Positions 19,080 through 29,727 of a stretch of 64,000 bases of DNA are shown in pieces. The DNA is taken from IMG/VR virus record IMGVR_UViG_3300018048_001965. One strand, 5' to 3'. A program made the translations under genes and the position numbers. The DNA is from an uncultured virus (IMG/VR IMGVR_UViG_3300018048_001965). Its lineage: Duplodnaviria > Heunggongvirae > Uroviricota > Caudoviricetes. Numbering within the stretch: position 1 is the stretch's first letter; each line of letters starts with the position of its first letter. The notes beneath the pieces were generated by a model that worked only from the letters and a program-made list of their open reading frames with translations, was not told the origin of the DNA and did not search any database.

Positions 19080-20502
19080 AGGTATAATAGTTTTAGCACA
19101 AAATAGTTATGAAAGAGTATCGAGACAAATACCTAATCATTTCCTCGAAGAGCAATACAAAGGTATTCATGTAGATATATGGTATCCGGATCTCGACTAT
19201 ATATCTGGTCAGCATGTTTGGTATGATAATAAAGTCTTTAGATTTGTTAATACTTGTTTACAGTCTAAAACATTTAATTATGATGATGTAAAATTAGTAA
19301 TACCTGAAGTCTATATACACTATGACAAAAACGATCTTGTTGTACATCACTTGTGTAAAAAGAATAATATTGTATTATCTGATAATAATATTTACGAAGT
19401 GCGTAAAGAAGATGAAACGCAATTATATACACTGACTCCTCAATTTGAAGGAGTTAACATTGATATTTGGTATAAAGAAGTTTTACATTTAGCAGGTCAA
19501 CATGTTTGGCATAATAACAGAGTGTGGCGTGCTTTAGTTGACGTACCAGCAAATAGTGAGTTTACTGAAGACGATTACGAGCCTATTATTGATCAAGAAG
19601 TTAAATTGTATGCAGACAGTAACAAAAGTTTAGTATTCGAAAACCCACGGCCGGGCAATTTAGTGTGTTATTATAATAATTTATATACAGTTGATCCTGT
19701 ACTACAAGTAGACTATGTTAAACAGGCTGTGTTATTAGCACTGTCTCTAAGTAAAAATAGTCCTAATGAAAAAATATCAATTATTACTAACGATATTGTT
19801 CCTGCAGATTATGAGATATTGTTTGACAAAATTATTCCTATTCCCTTTGGTGATGATGCTGAAACAACTATTTGGAAAGTTGAAAATAGATGGAAAATCT
19901 ATCACTGTAGTCCGTATGATGAAACAATTGTAATGGACACTGATATGATGGTGTTTAATGATCTTACTAGTACGTGGAATATGTTAAGTGATTCAGATTT
20001 ATTCTTTACATCTGAAGTAAGAACATTTAATAATAACGTAATTGAAAATGATTTTTACCGAAAGACATTTACCGAAAACTATTTGCCTAATACATACGTT
20101 GGGGTACATTATTTTAAACAATCAGATCTAGCAAAAAACTTTTATAATTTACTAGAAATTATTTGTAAGAATTGGAAAGAGTTTTGGAAAGAGTTTCTAC
20201 CTAATCAAACACCCGGACATTTGAGTATAGATGTCGCAGCAGCAATTGCAATAAAAATACTTAATATAGAAGAAGAAGTTACAAATAAGAAAAACAATAT
20301 TCTTACATTTACACACTTAAAGCCGATGATACAAGGCTGGAACAATCCGCCAGATAGGTGGCAAGATAAATTAGGCGTATATTTAGATGACAATTGTAAT
20401 TTAAAGTTAGGAAATTTTGTACAAAATGGTATATTGCATTATACCGAAAAAGACTTTGTCGAAAAAGTATTTAACAAATACAAGGAAATAACTTATGTCT
20501 AA
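19069..20502 (+). CDS. GT-A glycosyltransferase-like protein with about 200-aa repeat insertion
   Basis: SPYDETIVMDTD motif. The N-terminal strand GIIVLAQN is separated from VDYVKQA by two repeats of G..DIWY...GQHVW.xN.V.R. Confidence 0.65.
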   Translation: MSNRGIIVLAQNSYERVSRQIPNHFLEEQYKGIHVDIWYPDLDYISGQHVWYDNKVFRFVNTCLQSKTFNYDDVKLVIPEVYIHYDKNDLVVHHLCKKNNIVLSDNNIYEVRKEDETQLYTLTPQFEGVNIDIWYKEVLHLAGQHVWHNNRVWRALVDVPANSEFTEDDYEPIIDQEVKLYADSNKSLVFENPRPGNLVCYYNNLYTVDPVLQVDYVKQAVLLALSLSKNSPNEKISIITNDIVPADYEILFDKIIPIPFGDDAETTIWKVENRWKIYHCSPYDETIVMDTDMMVFNDLTSTWNMLSDSDLFFTSEVRTFNNNVIENDFYRKTFTENYLPNTYVGVHYFKQSDLAKNFYNLLEIICKNWKEFWKEFLPNQTPGHLSIDVAAAIAIKILNIEEEVTNKKNNILTFTHLKPMIQGWNNPPDRWQDKLGVYLDDNCNLKLGNFVQNGILHYTEKDFVEKVFNKYKEITYV

Positions 20503-21382
20503 TTTAATTAATGCAATAACAAAATTAAACAGTTTAATAGCACAAGGAGATATAAGTTATGTGTATTTTGAAAAAACACATGGCGAAGTCTTTGACATTA
20601 CAAATAACCCTATAGATAGCGATTATGATGTTATTGAAGTTAATCATGACGAAGTAAAAGAATATTTTTTAGGTAGAGCAAAAATTAGCGAATATGTAGT
20701 AAAATATAATCATCAACTTAGAGAATACGTAATCGCTAGAGAGGTTGCAACTAGTTTTTTAAAATCAGTTGAAGATTACCTTTATCAAATTCCATTTAAA
20801 GGTAATACATTTGACAACCTAGAAAAGATATACGTTGGTATAGATTTTAGAAAACATAACGCAACTGATTTGTTTTATAAAGGCGATCACGTTTGGGCTA
20901 ATAATAATGTATACAAACTTCATAAAGATTTTACTGTTGAAGATACGTTAGACACTGCTGAACTATTTCTTGAAAATATAGTATCAGTAGATAAAAAATC
21001 TATTCCTTTAATGGCACGAAAAAATAGAAAAGGACATAAAGTTTTAGTTGACAATCAGTTGTATATGATAAATTCGTCTGATGACACTAGTGTATATATT
21101 TTTAAAAATGATATTGCAAAACAATGGCAATTTTATAGCACTAAAGATATTGTTGTAAATGAAAAATTGTTAGACAAGGAAATTACTGATAAGGTTGTTA
21201 TGTTTTTTATCACTGAGCCCGATGATCCTAACATACTAATTCGGACTATTGAAATACCAATTAAAGATTTAATAGACAAGACAAAGTGCATATTTCCGTA
21301 CATGTACAAATCAGAAGAAGAAAATCTTTCGATATTTACACCACGACTTTATCGTAATTATAGATATGAGGTAGTAAAATGA
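20495..21382 (+). CDS. Hypothetical protein carrying one copy of the GxHVW repeat module
   Basis: Contains YKGDHVWANNNVYK and C-terminal FFITEPDDPNILIRTI. Overlaps neighbours on both sides. Confidence 0.6.
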   Translation: MSNLINAITKLNSLIAQGDISYVYFEKTHGEVFDITNNPIDSDYDVIEVNHDEVKEYFLGRAKISEYVVKYNHQLREYVIAREVATSFLKSVEDYLYQIPFKGNTFDNLEKIYVGIDFRKHNATDLFYKGDHVWANNNVYKLHKDFTVEDTLDTAELFLENIVSVDKKSIPLMARKNRKGHKVLVDNQLYMINSSDDTSVYIFKNDIAKQWQFYSTKDIVVNEKLLDKEITDKVVMFFITEPDDPNILIRTIEIPIKDLIDKTKCIFPYMYKSEEENLSIFTPRLYRNYRYEVVK

Positions 21383-22308
21383 ATTCAATTAAAGTAGCAG
21401 ACTATGATGTTATCTTTTTAAGTTACGACGAGCCCAACGCAGAAAAAAACTATGCAGACTTGTGTAGTAAAATACCATGGGCTAAACGTGTCCACGGAGT
21501 AGAAGGCTCGGATGCTGCACACAAGGCTTGCGCAGAATTAAGCGAAACTGATAGATTTATAACTGTAGATGCTGACAATATAGTATATGCTAATTATATA
21601 CAACAAATTATAAATTTTAAACCTGAAGCACAGTTAGATCATAGTGTTGTTAGCTGGTGTGGAAAAAATGTTATAAACGGATTAGTATATGGAAATGGCG
21701 GACTTAAATGTTGGCCAAAGAGTTATGTTCTCAATATGCGTACACATGAAAATGCTGAACCAGGAAATCCGCAAGGTCAAGTTGACTTTTGTTGGGACAT
21801 GCGCTATATCCAAATGAATACTACTTTTAGTGATGTGTATAATAATGCAACTCCACAGCAAGCATGGCGTGCTGGTTTTCGTGAAGGTGTTAAGATGTCA
21901 CTTGATCAGGGAATGAAGCCTGATACAAGTAAACTGTATGACGGATATTGGCAAAATTTACATAGACTTTATATTTGGCAAATGATCGGTGCAGATGTAG
22001 AAAACGGACTATGGGCGATATTTGGTGCAAGACAGGGGTTGTATATGACAATGTGTACAGACTGGAACTTTATAAATGTACGTGACTTTTCGTATTTGAA
22101 TAATTTTTGGAACCAATTAGAAGTTACTGATGAAACACTAATGTCTACAATACAGGATTTAGGTAAAACTTTGATAAAAGAATTAAATATTCCGATATCA
22201 ATATCTCCACTAAGTGATCAACAAAGTAAATTTTTTAAAACAGTTTATCAAGTGCCAAAAAGAATAAACAAAGAACCATTTTTAATTGAGGATAATAATG
22301 ACACCTGA
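21379..22308 (+). CDS. Glycosyltransferase-like protein (GT-A, DAD motif); paralog of 35345
   Basis: YDVIFLSYDEPNA...GVEG...AH, VDADN, YGNGGLK, AWRAGFRE. Confidence 0.6.
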   Translation: MNSIKVADYDVIFLSYDEPNAEKNYADLCSKIPWAKRVHGVEGSDAAHKACAELSETDRFITVDADNIVYANYIQQIINFKPEAQLDHSVVSWCGKNVINGLVYGNGGLKCWPKSYVLNMRTHENAEPGNPQGQVDFCWDMRYIQMNTTFSDVYNNATPQQAWRAGFREGVKMSLDQGMKPDTSKLYDGYWQNLHRLYIWQMIGADVENGLWAIFGARQGLYMTMCTDWNFINVRDFSYLNNFWNQLEVTDETLMSTIQDLGKTLIKELNIPISISPLSDQQSKFFKTVYQVPKRINKEPFLIEDNNDT

Positions 22309-23689
22309 AGTATGGAAAAAAGAAAATCTAGATCCTGTTAGTTGCAGTTTTTGTGTAGCTAAGTGGAAACAAGTTACACTACACCTACATACCGGACAGA
22401 CGCATAGTTGTCATCATCCAGTACCTCACAAAATACCTGTTGAAGAATTAGAAGGTAATTCTAGTGCATTACATAATACAAAATTTAAGAAGTTACAACG
22501 TAAGCAAATGCTCGAAGGTGATAGGCCTAAAGAGTGTGACTATTGTTGGCGTGTAGAAGACAATAACGAAATAAGTGATAGAACATATAAGTCCAAAGAA
22601 CCCTGGGCTGAATCTTATATTCCAGAAATTATTCAAAAACCTTGGGATGATAATGTTAATCCTAGTTATTTAGAAGTAAGTTTTAGTAGTGTGTGTAATT
22701 TCAAATGCTCATACTGTTCACCACAAGTTAGTAGTAAATGGATGGAAGAAGTTCAGAAATACGGACCGTATCCAACTACAACTGCGCATGGCGGTATTGA
22801 TTGGCTTAAAGATCAAGGTGTTATGCCTATCCCAAATAAAGATTACAATCCTTATGTAGAAGCATTTTGGAAATGGTGGCCCGATGTATCAAAGGATCTC
22901 AAACATTTCCGTATTACAGGCGGCGAGCCATTACTTTCTAAAGATACATTTCGAGTACTAGACGATCTTATAGAAAATCCTAGACCAGACCTAGAGTTTG
23001 CTGTCAACAGTAATATGTGTGTTCCAGACGGAGTGTTTAATCGCTTTATGGAAAAAATTAAAATAATCTGTAGCGAAGGCAAGGTTAAGAAATTTAAAAT
23101 ATTTACAAGTGCTGAAGCTACAGGAGCACAAGCAGAATACATTAGACACGGACTAGACTACAACAAATGGTTAGATAATATAAACAAAGTATTAACTGAA
23201 GTTCCAAATTGTACATTTACTAATATGGCAACATATAACTTTTTAAGTTTGTTTAGTTTTAAAAATCTTATTAAAGATATATTAGAAATTAAAGATACAT
23301 ACGGCGGTTGGCAGGCTAAGCACATGCCTATGATACTTGATGTTCCTTATTTGAGACATCCTGGATATCAAGCAGTTGATATTATGCCTGCAAAGTTTAG
23401 AAGATATATATATGATCAGGTTTCTTTAGTATACGATAACATAGAAAACAACGGCTGGTACGAATCAGCTAATAGGAAATTCTTTAATTGGGAAGCCGAA
23501 AAGTTTAGACGTATATATGAAATAACAACATACATCGACGAAGAACACGAAACAAAACCCCATGTAATTAATCATAGAAAAAATTTAATTAGATTTGTTG
23601 ATGAGCATGATAGAAGACGTGGAACTAATTTTCTTAAAACGTTTCCTGAAATGGAAGAAGAATATCATAAATGGAAAAATACTATATGA
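22298..23689 (+). CDS. Radical SAM protein with N-terminal twitch/SPASM-like Cys domain
   Basis: CNFKCSYC and GGEP, with N-terminal FC..KW...SCHH...CDYC. GAGG SD before ATG 22298. Confidence 0.9.
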   Translation: MTPEVWKKENLDPVSCSFCVAKWKQVTLHLHTGQTHSCHHPVPHKIPVEELEGNSSALHNTKFKKLQRKQMLEGDRPKECDYCWRVEDNNEISDRTYKSKEPWAESYIPEIIQKPWDDNVNPSYLEVSFSSVCNFKCSYCSPQVSSKWMEEVQKYGPYPTTTAHGGIDWLKDQGVMPIPNKDYNPYVEAFWKWWPDVSKDLKHFRITGGEPLLSKDTFRVLDDLIENPRPDLEFAVNSNMCVPDGVFNRFMEKIKIICSEGKVKKFKIFTSAEATGAQAEYIRHGLDYNKWLDNINKVLTEVPNCTFTNMATYNFLSLFSFKNLIKDILEIKDTYGGWQAKHMPMILDVPYLRHPGYQAVDIMPAKFRRYIYDQVSLVYDNIENNGWYESANRKFFNWEAEKFRRIYEITTYIDEEHETKPHVINHRKNLIRFVDEHDRRRGTNFLKTFPEMEEEYHKWKNTI

Positions 23690-25062
23690 TATACTTTTTA
23701 TATGACTATGTTTTTCCGGGATATTTTTTACCTAATGCTTTAGAAAGTAATCATGCTGTGTTGAATTACATGCACTCTCAACATAATATAAGCAACGGAT
23801 TTAACGCCTATACTGACCCTAGCGAATCTAATATTAGTAGACAGATATTTAATAATCAGTTAGGAGACTGGCCTAACAGTTGGACAGTAACAAATTTAAA
23901 TGCTTTAGAAGAAGTAACTAGTATAAAACATACTTCATTATTCGAAGGAAAACAAAAGTGTAGTCATTATTTTTATGTTGTTAAGATAAGTCCTCATTTA
24001 GATCAGTTTGCAGCACATGGAGTTAGGCAATTTTCAAAACTTAATGGTAATTATTTTTGGAAGTATATGTCGCAAGAAGCATTAGAAGATGCTCAAAACA
24101 AAAAATGTACTATAATTCTAGATTTAGCTCAGGAAAATTATATCGAAAAACATGAATATGAAAATTTACATAAATGTTTAGAATCGTCCTATATTCCACC
24201 GAGTCAAATTATTTTAGTGTTTAATACACATAATGGCCATAAGATATACGATGAATGGTTTGAACCCCATGAACGAAAGATTCAAGTGCGTGATTGGCCG
24301 TTTGTTATGTGGAACAGTAGTAAATATTATTCAAAAACTGGTCGATGGGATTCAGAGTTAGAAAAAAGTAGAAAACGTCCTTTTAGATTTTTAATGAAAA
24401 TAAAAAGTCCTAGAAATCATCGACAAGCACTTCTGTATTCTTTATATTGTGAACAAATTTTAGATCGCGGTGATTGGAGTTATCTATCTGAAAAAACCTC
24501 GCTAAATGATCAAATGTTAAAACATGTTAAGATTGAATGGAGTTTAGATTACGATGTCGAAACAGAGTCATTGGTTAATTTATTTCCAAAAAAACTTGCC
24601 GACGAGCCCGATACTACTATGAATACTGTAAGTGCATGGACTGATCGAACACGAGAACCTTATAGAAATAGTTATTTTTATATATGCACAGAAACATACT
24701 ATCATGGAGATCATAAATCATTAACTGAAAAAGTTTTTAAACCGATAGGAAACTATCATCCTTTCTTTTTCTTTTCTTTCAAGGGTGCATTACAGCATTT
24801 AAGAGATTTAGGATTTAAAACTTTTAGTCCTTGGATAGACGAGTCGTATGATAATGAAAAAGTTGCACACAAGCGTTTAAAAATGATAGTTTCAGAAGTC
24901 AAACGATTATGCGAAATGTCCGAAGATGAAATATATACATGGTATTGGGAAATGCAAGATATTTTAGAACACAATAGAGAGCACTTAATAAAGATTTATG
25001 AGTCAGAGCCTTTAACTAAAGACTTTGTAAATTTCTTGGAAGCAAAAGCAAATGAGCTATAA
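23671..25062 (+). CDS. Putative glycosyltransferase-like protein (GT-B/GT10-like C-terminus); paralog of 26912
   Basis: ET....LTEKVFKPI...HPF.....G.L..LRDLGFKTF...IDESYD motif. The start may be ATG 23686. Confidence 0.5.
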   Translation: MEKYYMIYFLYDYVFPGYFLPNALESNHAVLNYMHSQHNISNGFNAYTDPSESNISRQIFNNQLGDWPNSWTVTNLNALEEVTSIKHTSLFEGKQKCSHYFYVVKISPHLDQFAAHGVRQFSKLNGNYFWKYMSQEALEDAQNKKCTIILDLAQENYIEKHEYENLHKCLESSYIPPSQIILVFNTHNGHKIYDEWFEPHERKIQVRDWPFVMWNSSKYYSKTGRWDSELEKSRKRPFRFLMKIKSPRNHRQALLYSLYCEQILDRGDWSYLSEKTSLNDQMLKHVKIEWSLDYDVETESLVNLFPKKLADEPDTTMNTVSAWTDRTREPYRNSYFYICTETYYHGDHKSLTEKVFKPIGNYHPFFFFSFKGALQHLRDLGFKTFSPWIDESYDNEKVAHKRLKMIVSEVKRLCEMSEDEIYTWYWEMQDILEHNREHLIKIYESEPLTKDFVNFLEAKANEL

Positions 25063-25582
25063 AAATCAAAAATGGAACGAATGGATAGTTTCGCATCTTA
25101 ATACGTTTGGCAAACAAGTTCCAATTTATAAACCTTCTGTATATCGTGAATACAGAGGAGAAATTTTTACAACTTATCATTCTAGCGACCATCCTGTAAC
25201 AGAAATTATTTCTAAAGACAGCGAAGTTCACGGAAGATTTAGTAAGTCTTACAAAGGTGTATTAAGAGGCTTGCATTATGATGATAAGACTTATAAACTT
25301 GTACAAGCTCTTGTAGGTGATATCTATTTAGTTGTTCTTGATCTTAAAACAGGTAAGTGGGAATCTTATATACTATCAGAAAAGACTAGAGATCAAGTTT
25401 TAATACCTCCTGGGTACGCTAACGGTCACTATGCACTAACAGATTGTATATTCCATTATAATATGTTCTACGAAGGCGACTATGTAGACGAAAAGAATCA
25501 AGGTGTTATTAAGTGGAACGATCCTCGATTTAGAATAGAGTGGCCTACAACAGATCCTATTTTACAAGAAAGAGATAGATGA
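25052..25582 (+). CDS. rmlC: dTDP-4-dehydrorhamnose 3,5-epimerase-like
   Basis: S.KGVLRGLH, GDIYLVVLD, IPPGYANG, WNDP...IEWP. Confidence 0.85.
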   Translation: MSYKNQKWNEWIVSHLNTFGKQVPIYKPSVYREYRGEIFTTYHSSDHPVTEIISKDSEVHGRFSKSYKGVLRGLHYDDKTYKLVQALVGDIYLVVLDLKTGKWESYILSEKTRDQVLIPPGYANGHYALTDCIFHYNMFYEGDYVDEKNQGVIKWNDPRFRIEWPTTDPILQERDR

Positions 25583-26289
25583 AACAATACGATAAACTTT
25601 TATCTTTTGGTTGTAGTTTTACACAAGGCGCAGGCCTTAATTCACCAGAGTATCATAGGTGGTTAAAAAAGCATCCTCCTAATGAATATGGAAATTATAT
25701 GTATGCCAATGCATATCCTACACAACTAGCAAAAATGCTAAATTGTGAAGTAGAAAATCACGGAGTTCCAAGAGCATCGAACGATTTAATTTTTAAGAAC
25801 GTATATGAGCACACAAAAGATATTAAGGATGGTAGCAATATTCTAGTTACTATGCAAACAACTCTGTTGCCACGTATAATGATTTACTCAAATCAAATAG
25901 AAGATTTTGTTACAGTTAACAATTTAGAAATTGACGATAAAAATATCAAGCGATACTACACCTTGTATCAAAAATATTTTTACAACAGAACAGTCGAATT
26001 CAATACCCTTATGAAAAATATTGACTTATATACTGTATATCTACAAAACAAAAAAATTGATGTATTGTGGATTCTGTACGATGCAGACGAAGTGCCTGAT
26101 GAAAGTAAAACCATGATGACATTTGATAACATTCATTACAACATTGATTTATGTCGATATATTTCAACTAATAAATATAGATTATTAGACTTACCAAATT
26201 ATCCTATAGATGATTCACATTTTTCAGTCGATGGTCACAGAGTAGTAGCAGAACACATACATAGTCATTTAGGAAAATATTATGATTAA
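25579..26289 (+). CDS. SGNH/GDSL-like hydrolase or acyltransferase
   Basis: N-terminal GCSFTQG and C-terminal DSHFS..GH (block I and block V pattern). Confidence 0.6.
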   Translation: MKQYDKLLSFGCSFTQGAGLNSPEYHRWLKKHPPNEYGNYMYANAYPTQLAKMLNCEVENHGVPRASNDLIFKNVYEHTKDIKDGSNILVTMQTTLLPRIMIYSNQIEDFVTVNNLEIDDKNIKRYYTLYQKYFYNRTVEFNTLMKNIDLYTVYLQNKKIDVLWILYDADEVPDESKTMMTFDNIHYNIDLCRYISTNKYRLLDLPNYPIDDSHFSVDGHRVVAEHIHSHLGKYYD

Positions 26290-26911
26290 AAATTTAGAAC
26301 AGTATCCTCAGGTGAGAGAAAGCATTTTTACAGCACAAGATCTAATTGAGTTTGAAAATAAAATAATAGAACATTGGGAAAGTGCTAAGATTAGAGGACC
26401 TGTTCATTTAAGTAACGGTAATGAAGATTCGTTGATAGAAATATTTAAAAGAATTAAAACAAGCGACTGGGTATTTTCTACATGGCGTAGTCATTATCAT
26501 GCTTTGTTAAAAGGTCTAAGTCCTAATTGGTTAGAACAAGAAATACTTGATGGTAAATCTATTACAGTTTGTAACATCGATGAAAAATTCTATAGTAGTG
26601 CAATCGTCGGTGGACCTCTTTCAATAGCATTAGGTGTTGCTAAGTCTATCAAAGATAACGGAACTGATGATAAAGTTTGGTGCTTTATAGGAGATATGTG
26701 TTTTGAAACTGGGCTATTTTATGAAGTCCATAAGTACGCACGTAATTTCGATCTACCATTATACTTTGTAGTAGAAGATAACGAAGTTAGTACAAGAACT
26801 CCGACTGTAGCAACATGGAATAAAACAAGAGATTTACCTAATGATGTTATACATTATAACTATAAATCTAAATATCCTCATTACGGTACTGGTAAATGGG
26901 TAGTTTTCTAA
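26282..26911 (+). CDS. TPP-dependent dehydrogenase E1 alpha-like subunit (short, 209 aa)
   Basis: GPVHLS.G.E, STWRSHYH, and a TPP-binding GD...(x)...VVEDN motif. Confidence 0.85.
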   Translation: MIKNLEQYPQVRESIFTAQDLIEFENKIIEHWESAKIRGPVHLSNGNEDSLIEIFKRIKTSDWVFSTWRSHYHALLKGLSPNWLEQEILDGKSITVCNIDEKFYSSAIVGGPLSIALGVAKSIKDNGTDDKVWCFIGDMCFETGLFYEVHKYARNFDLPLYFVVEDNEVSTRTPTVATWNKTRDLPNDVIHYNYKSKYPHYGTGKWVVF

Positions 26912-28225
26912 ATGAAAGTTGTTTTTGATAAATGGGTAAATGGAATTGCATTACCTAATGGGTTACATCAGTCCTGTTTATATGAAACTTCTAATCTTTT
27001 TAATGAAGAAGAAATTAGAAAAAGAATAGAAGAGACTGTCGGTGTATCTTTTAGATGGCACGATAATTTTCATCGATATACAATTAAACCAGGACTATTA
27101 AAACAAGTAAGTCCAGATGAAGTAGATGTTAACGATAATGAAACTTACTTATTTCCTTTAGAGATTTTGCATTTTGAAGTTTTATGGAAGGGCAGTTATA
27201 CAAAAAATACTAATATTCATTATTCTCTTATGGATACACTGTCAACTAAGATGCGTAATTTAATTCTATCAGGAAAGGTTAAGATTATAATTAATCTTAC
27301 GCATGATCCGATTATGTTAGACGGTATACGAAAAATAGAAGACTATTTTAGATCTTATGGAATGGATTTAAAAAATTTAATTATGGTTGCTGGCAATATT
27401 CAAAAAAATACAGAAATGCATGTTATCGAAAGTTCGACGTTCTTTGCACACGAAAGTGCAAAAGAAATGATGAACTTTCCGTTTGTTGGTAGTCTAAATT
27501 ATACTGCTGATATAGTAAGAGAGGCAGACCTAGATGGATCTAAACGTAGTAAGCACTTTTTAACTTTAAATAGGGCAAATCGAAAGCATAGATATTATCT
27601 ATTATACGAATTAGTGCGTACAGGTTTATTAGAAAAAAGTTTAGCAAGTTTTATTTCACCTATGCAGGAAGAAACAGACATTGTACAAAATTGGCTTTAT
27701 GAACATTACGGTGCTGATATGCCTAAGGACGTAATTGATAAAGCTAATGCAATGATTCCAATAGAACTTGACACTAATCATTTTGATGACAAAACAGGAT
27801 TTCCATCAAACCAAACTAATAAACAGTGGTATACTGATAGTTATGTAAGTATTGTATCTGAAACAGATTTTATCAATAACGATTATCCTTTTAATTCTGA
27901 AAAAACGTTTAGACCATTTGTAAATTTACATCCGTTTATACACTACGGAAATATTGGTGCAATACAACTGTTGCACGAGTTAGGTTTTAAAACTTTTGAA
28001 CCGTATATTGACGAAGCATATACTAGAGAAGATAATAAGAAGAAGCGTGTTCAATTAATGATGAAAGAAATTAGAAGACTGGGTAATATGTCTCTTGACA
28101 CAATGCATGATCTGTATTATAATTGTAAGGATATACTTTTATATAATCAAGAACATCTTAAAACTTTTATAGATACTAATCCTTATATAGAGTTGTTTGA
28201 AAAAATTGAGGAACTATATCGGTAA
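26912..28225 (+). CDS. Putative glycosyltransferase-like protein; paralog of 23671
   Basis: FLTLNR..R.HR, SIVSET....SEKTFRP...HPF...G....L.ELGFKTF...IDE.Y. Confidence 0.5.
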   Translation: MKVVFDKWVNGIALPNGLHQSCLYETSNLFNEEEIRKRIEETVGVSFRWHDNFHRYTIKPGLLKQVSPDEVDVNDNETYLFPLEILHFEVLWKGSYTKNTNIHYSLMDTLSTKMRNLILSGKVKIIINLTHDPIMLDGIRKIEDYFRSYGMDLKNLIMVAGNIQKNTEMHVIESSTFFAHESAKEMMNFPFVGSLNYTADIVREADLDGSKRSKHFLTLNRANRKHRYYLLYELVRTGLLEKSLASFISPMQEETDIVQNWLYEHYGADMPKDVIDKANAMIPIELDTNHFDDKTGFPSNQTNKQWYTDSYVSIVSETDFINNDYPFNSEKTFRPFVNLHPFIHYGNIGAIQLLHELGFKTFEPYIDEAYTREDNKKKRVQLMMKEIRRLGNMSLDTMHDLYYNCKDILLYNQEHLKTFIDTNPYIELFEKIEELYR

Positions 28226-29727
28226 TGAAATTTTTGCTTATTCATGCAAATTCTGCAAAAAGAGTATTTCAGTCTTTAGCATCATCCGATAGTGCTATAG
28301 AGACACCTATTTGGGCAGGACTCTTAGAAAATAGTCTATCAACAGCAGGTATAGGAACAGAAATATTAGATTGCGAAGTCTTAGGATTGACTGCAGAACA
28401 GTCAGCGGCAAGGATACAAGACTCTAGATGTGAAATGGCAGTTTTTATTGTCTATGGAGCACAACCGAGCGCTTCTTCGCAAAATATGACCGGAGCAATA
28501 GAAGTTGCAGAACTTGTAAAACAATTAGATGCTAATATTAAAATAGGATTCGTCGGCGGGCATGTAAGTGCATTGCCTGTCGAAACACTTGAGTTACATT
28601 CTTTTATTGACATTGCATTTACAAATGAAGGTGTACAAGCATTACACGATTTAAGTCAAGCTTCGGACTTAACAAAGTCCTTGTCCTACATCAAAGGTAT
28701 AGCATATAGGGATGCAGAAGGTGTACATTTAAATGAAGCATCTATTCCTGTTTCTAGAAGCAACCTTGATATTATCTTGCCTGGAATAAATTGGAATAAA
28801 ATAGATCCTAACAGTGGGTATAGAACAGCTGGCTGGCATAGTTGGACTAATAATTCAATAAAAGAACCTTTTGCATCTATATATACTAGTTTAGGATGTC
28901 CGTATAAGTGTTCCTTTTGTATGATTAATATTATTAATAGATCTAGCAATGATCAACTCGACGCATCTCATATGAATGGCTTTAGATTTTGGTCTCCGGA
29001 ATTTACAGTTAATCAACTTGGTATACTAGCAGCTAAAGGTGTTAAAAATATTAAATTTGCAGATGAACTGTTTGTTCTTAATCCTAGACATTTTGTAAGA
29101 ATATGTGAGTTAATCATTGAACGAGGCTATGACTTTAACATATGGGCATATGCTAGAGTAGACACTTGTAAACCAGAGCATTTAGAAATACTAAGACGTG
29201 CAGGTGTTAAATGGCTCGCATTAGGAATTGAGAATCCTGATATAGAAGCTAGAAAAATTATATACAAAGAAGGGTTTGAAGATGTAAACATTACTACATT
29301 GATTGCAAATATTCAATCGCATGGTATTGCAGTAGCAGGAAATTACATATTTGGATTACCAGGAGACACGCAGAAAAGTATGGAAAATACCTTACAGTTT
29401 GCTAAAGAAAACTTAACTGAAATGGCTAGTTTTTACTGTGCTATGGCTTATCCAGGATCGCCGTTATATAGACAGTCAAAAGCAAATGGAGTAAAACTTC
29501 CTGACCAGTATATAGGTTACTCGCAACACGCATATGAAACACAAAACTTGCCAACAGATTATTTGTCAGCAGCAGAAGTTTTAAGATTTAGAGATTATGC
29601 ATGGGATAGATACAATAGCTTACCAGAATATGAGAGACTATTAGAAAAAAGATTTGGATTTCATGCAGTAGAGCAATTGCGTAATACAAGAAAGAAAACT
29701 TTAAAAAGAAAATTATTAGGTGATTGA
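28225..29727 (+). CDS. Cobalamin-binding radical SAM enzyme (class B methyltransferase-like)
   Basis: N-terminal Rossmann-like domain with VGGH.SALP, then SLGCPYKCSFC, DELF, GIE, IFGLPG and YPGSPLY. Confidence 0.85.
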   Translation: MKFLLIHANSAKRVFQSLASSDSAIETPIWAGLLENSLSTAGIGTEILDCEVLGLTAEQSAARIQDSRCEMAVFIVYGAQPSASSQNMTGAIEVAELVKQLDANIKIGFVGGHVSALPVETLELHSFIDIAFTNEGVQALHDLSQASDLTKSLSYIKGIAYRDAEGVHLNEASIPVSRSNLDIILPGINWNKIDPNSGYRTAGWHSWTNNSIKEPFASIYTSLGCPYKCSFCMINIINRSSNDQLDASHMNGFRFWSPEFTVNQLGILAAKGVKNIKFADELFVLNPRHFVRICELIIERGYDFNIWAYARVDTCKPEHLEILRRAGVKWLALGIENPDIEARKIIYKEGFEDVNITTLIANIQSHGIAVAGNYIFGLPGDTQKSMENTLQFAKENLTEMASFYCAMAYPGSPLYRQSKANGVKLPDQYIGYSQHAYETQNLPTDYLSAAEVLRFRDYAWDRYNSLPEYERLLEKRFGFHAVEQLRNTRKKTLKRKLLGD

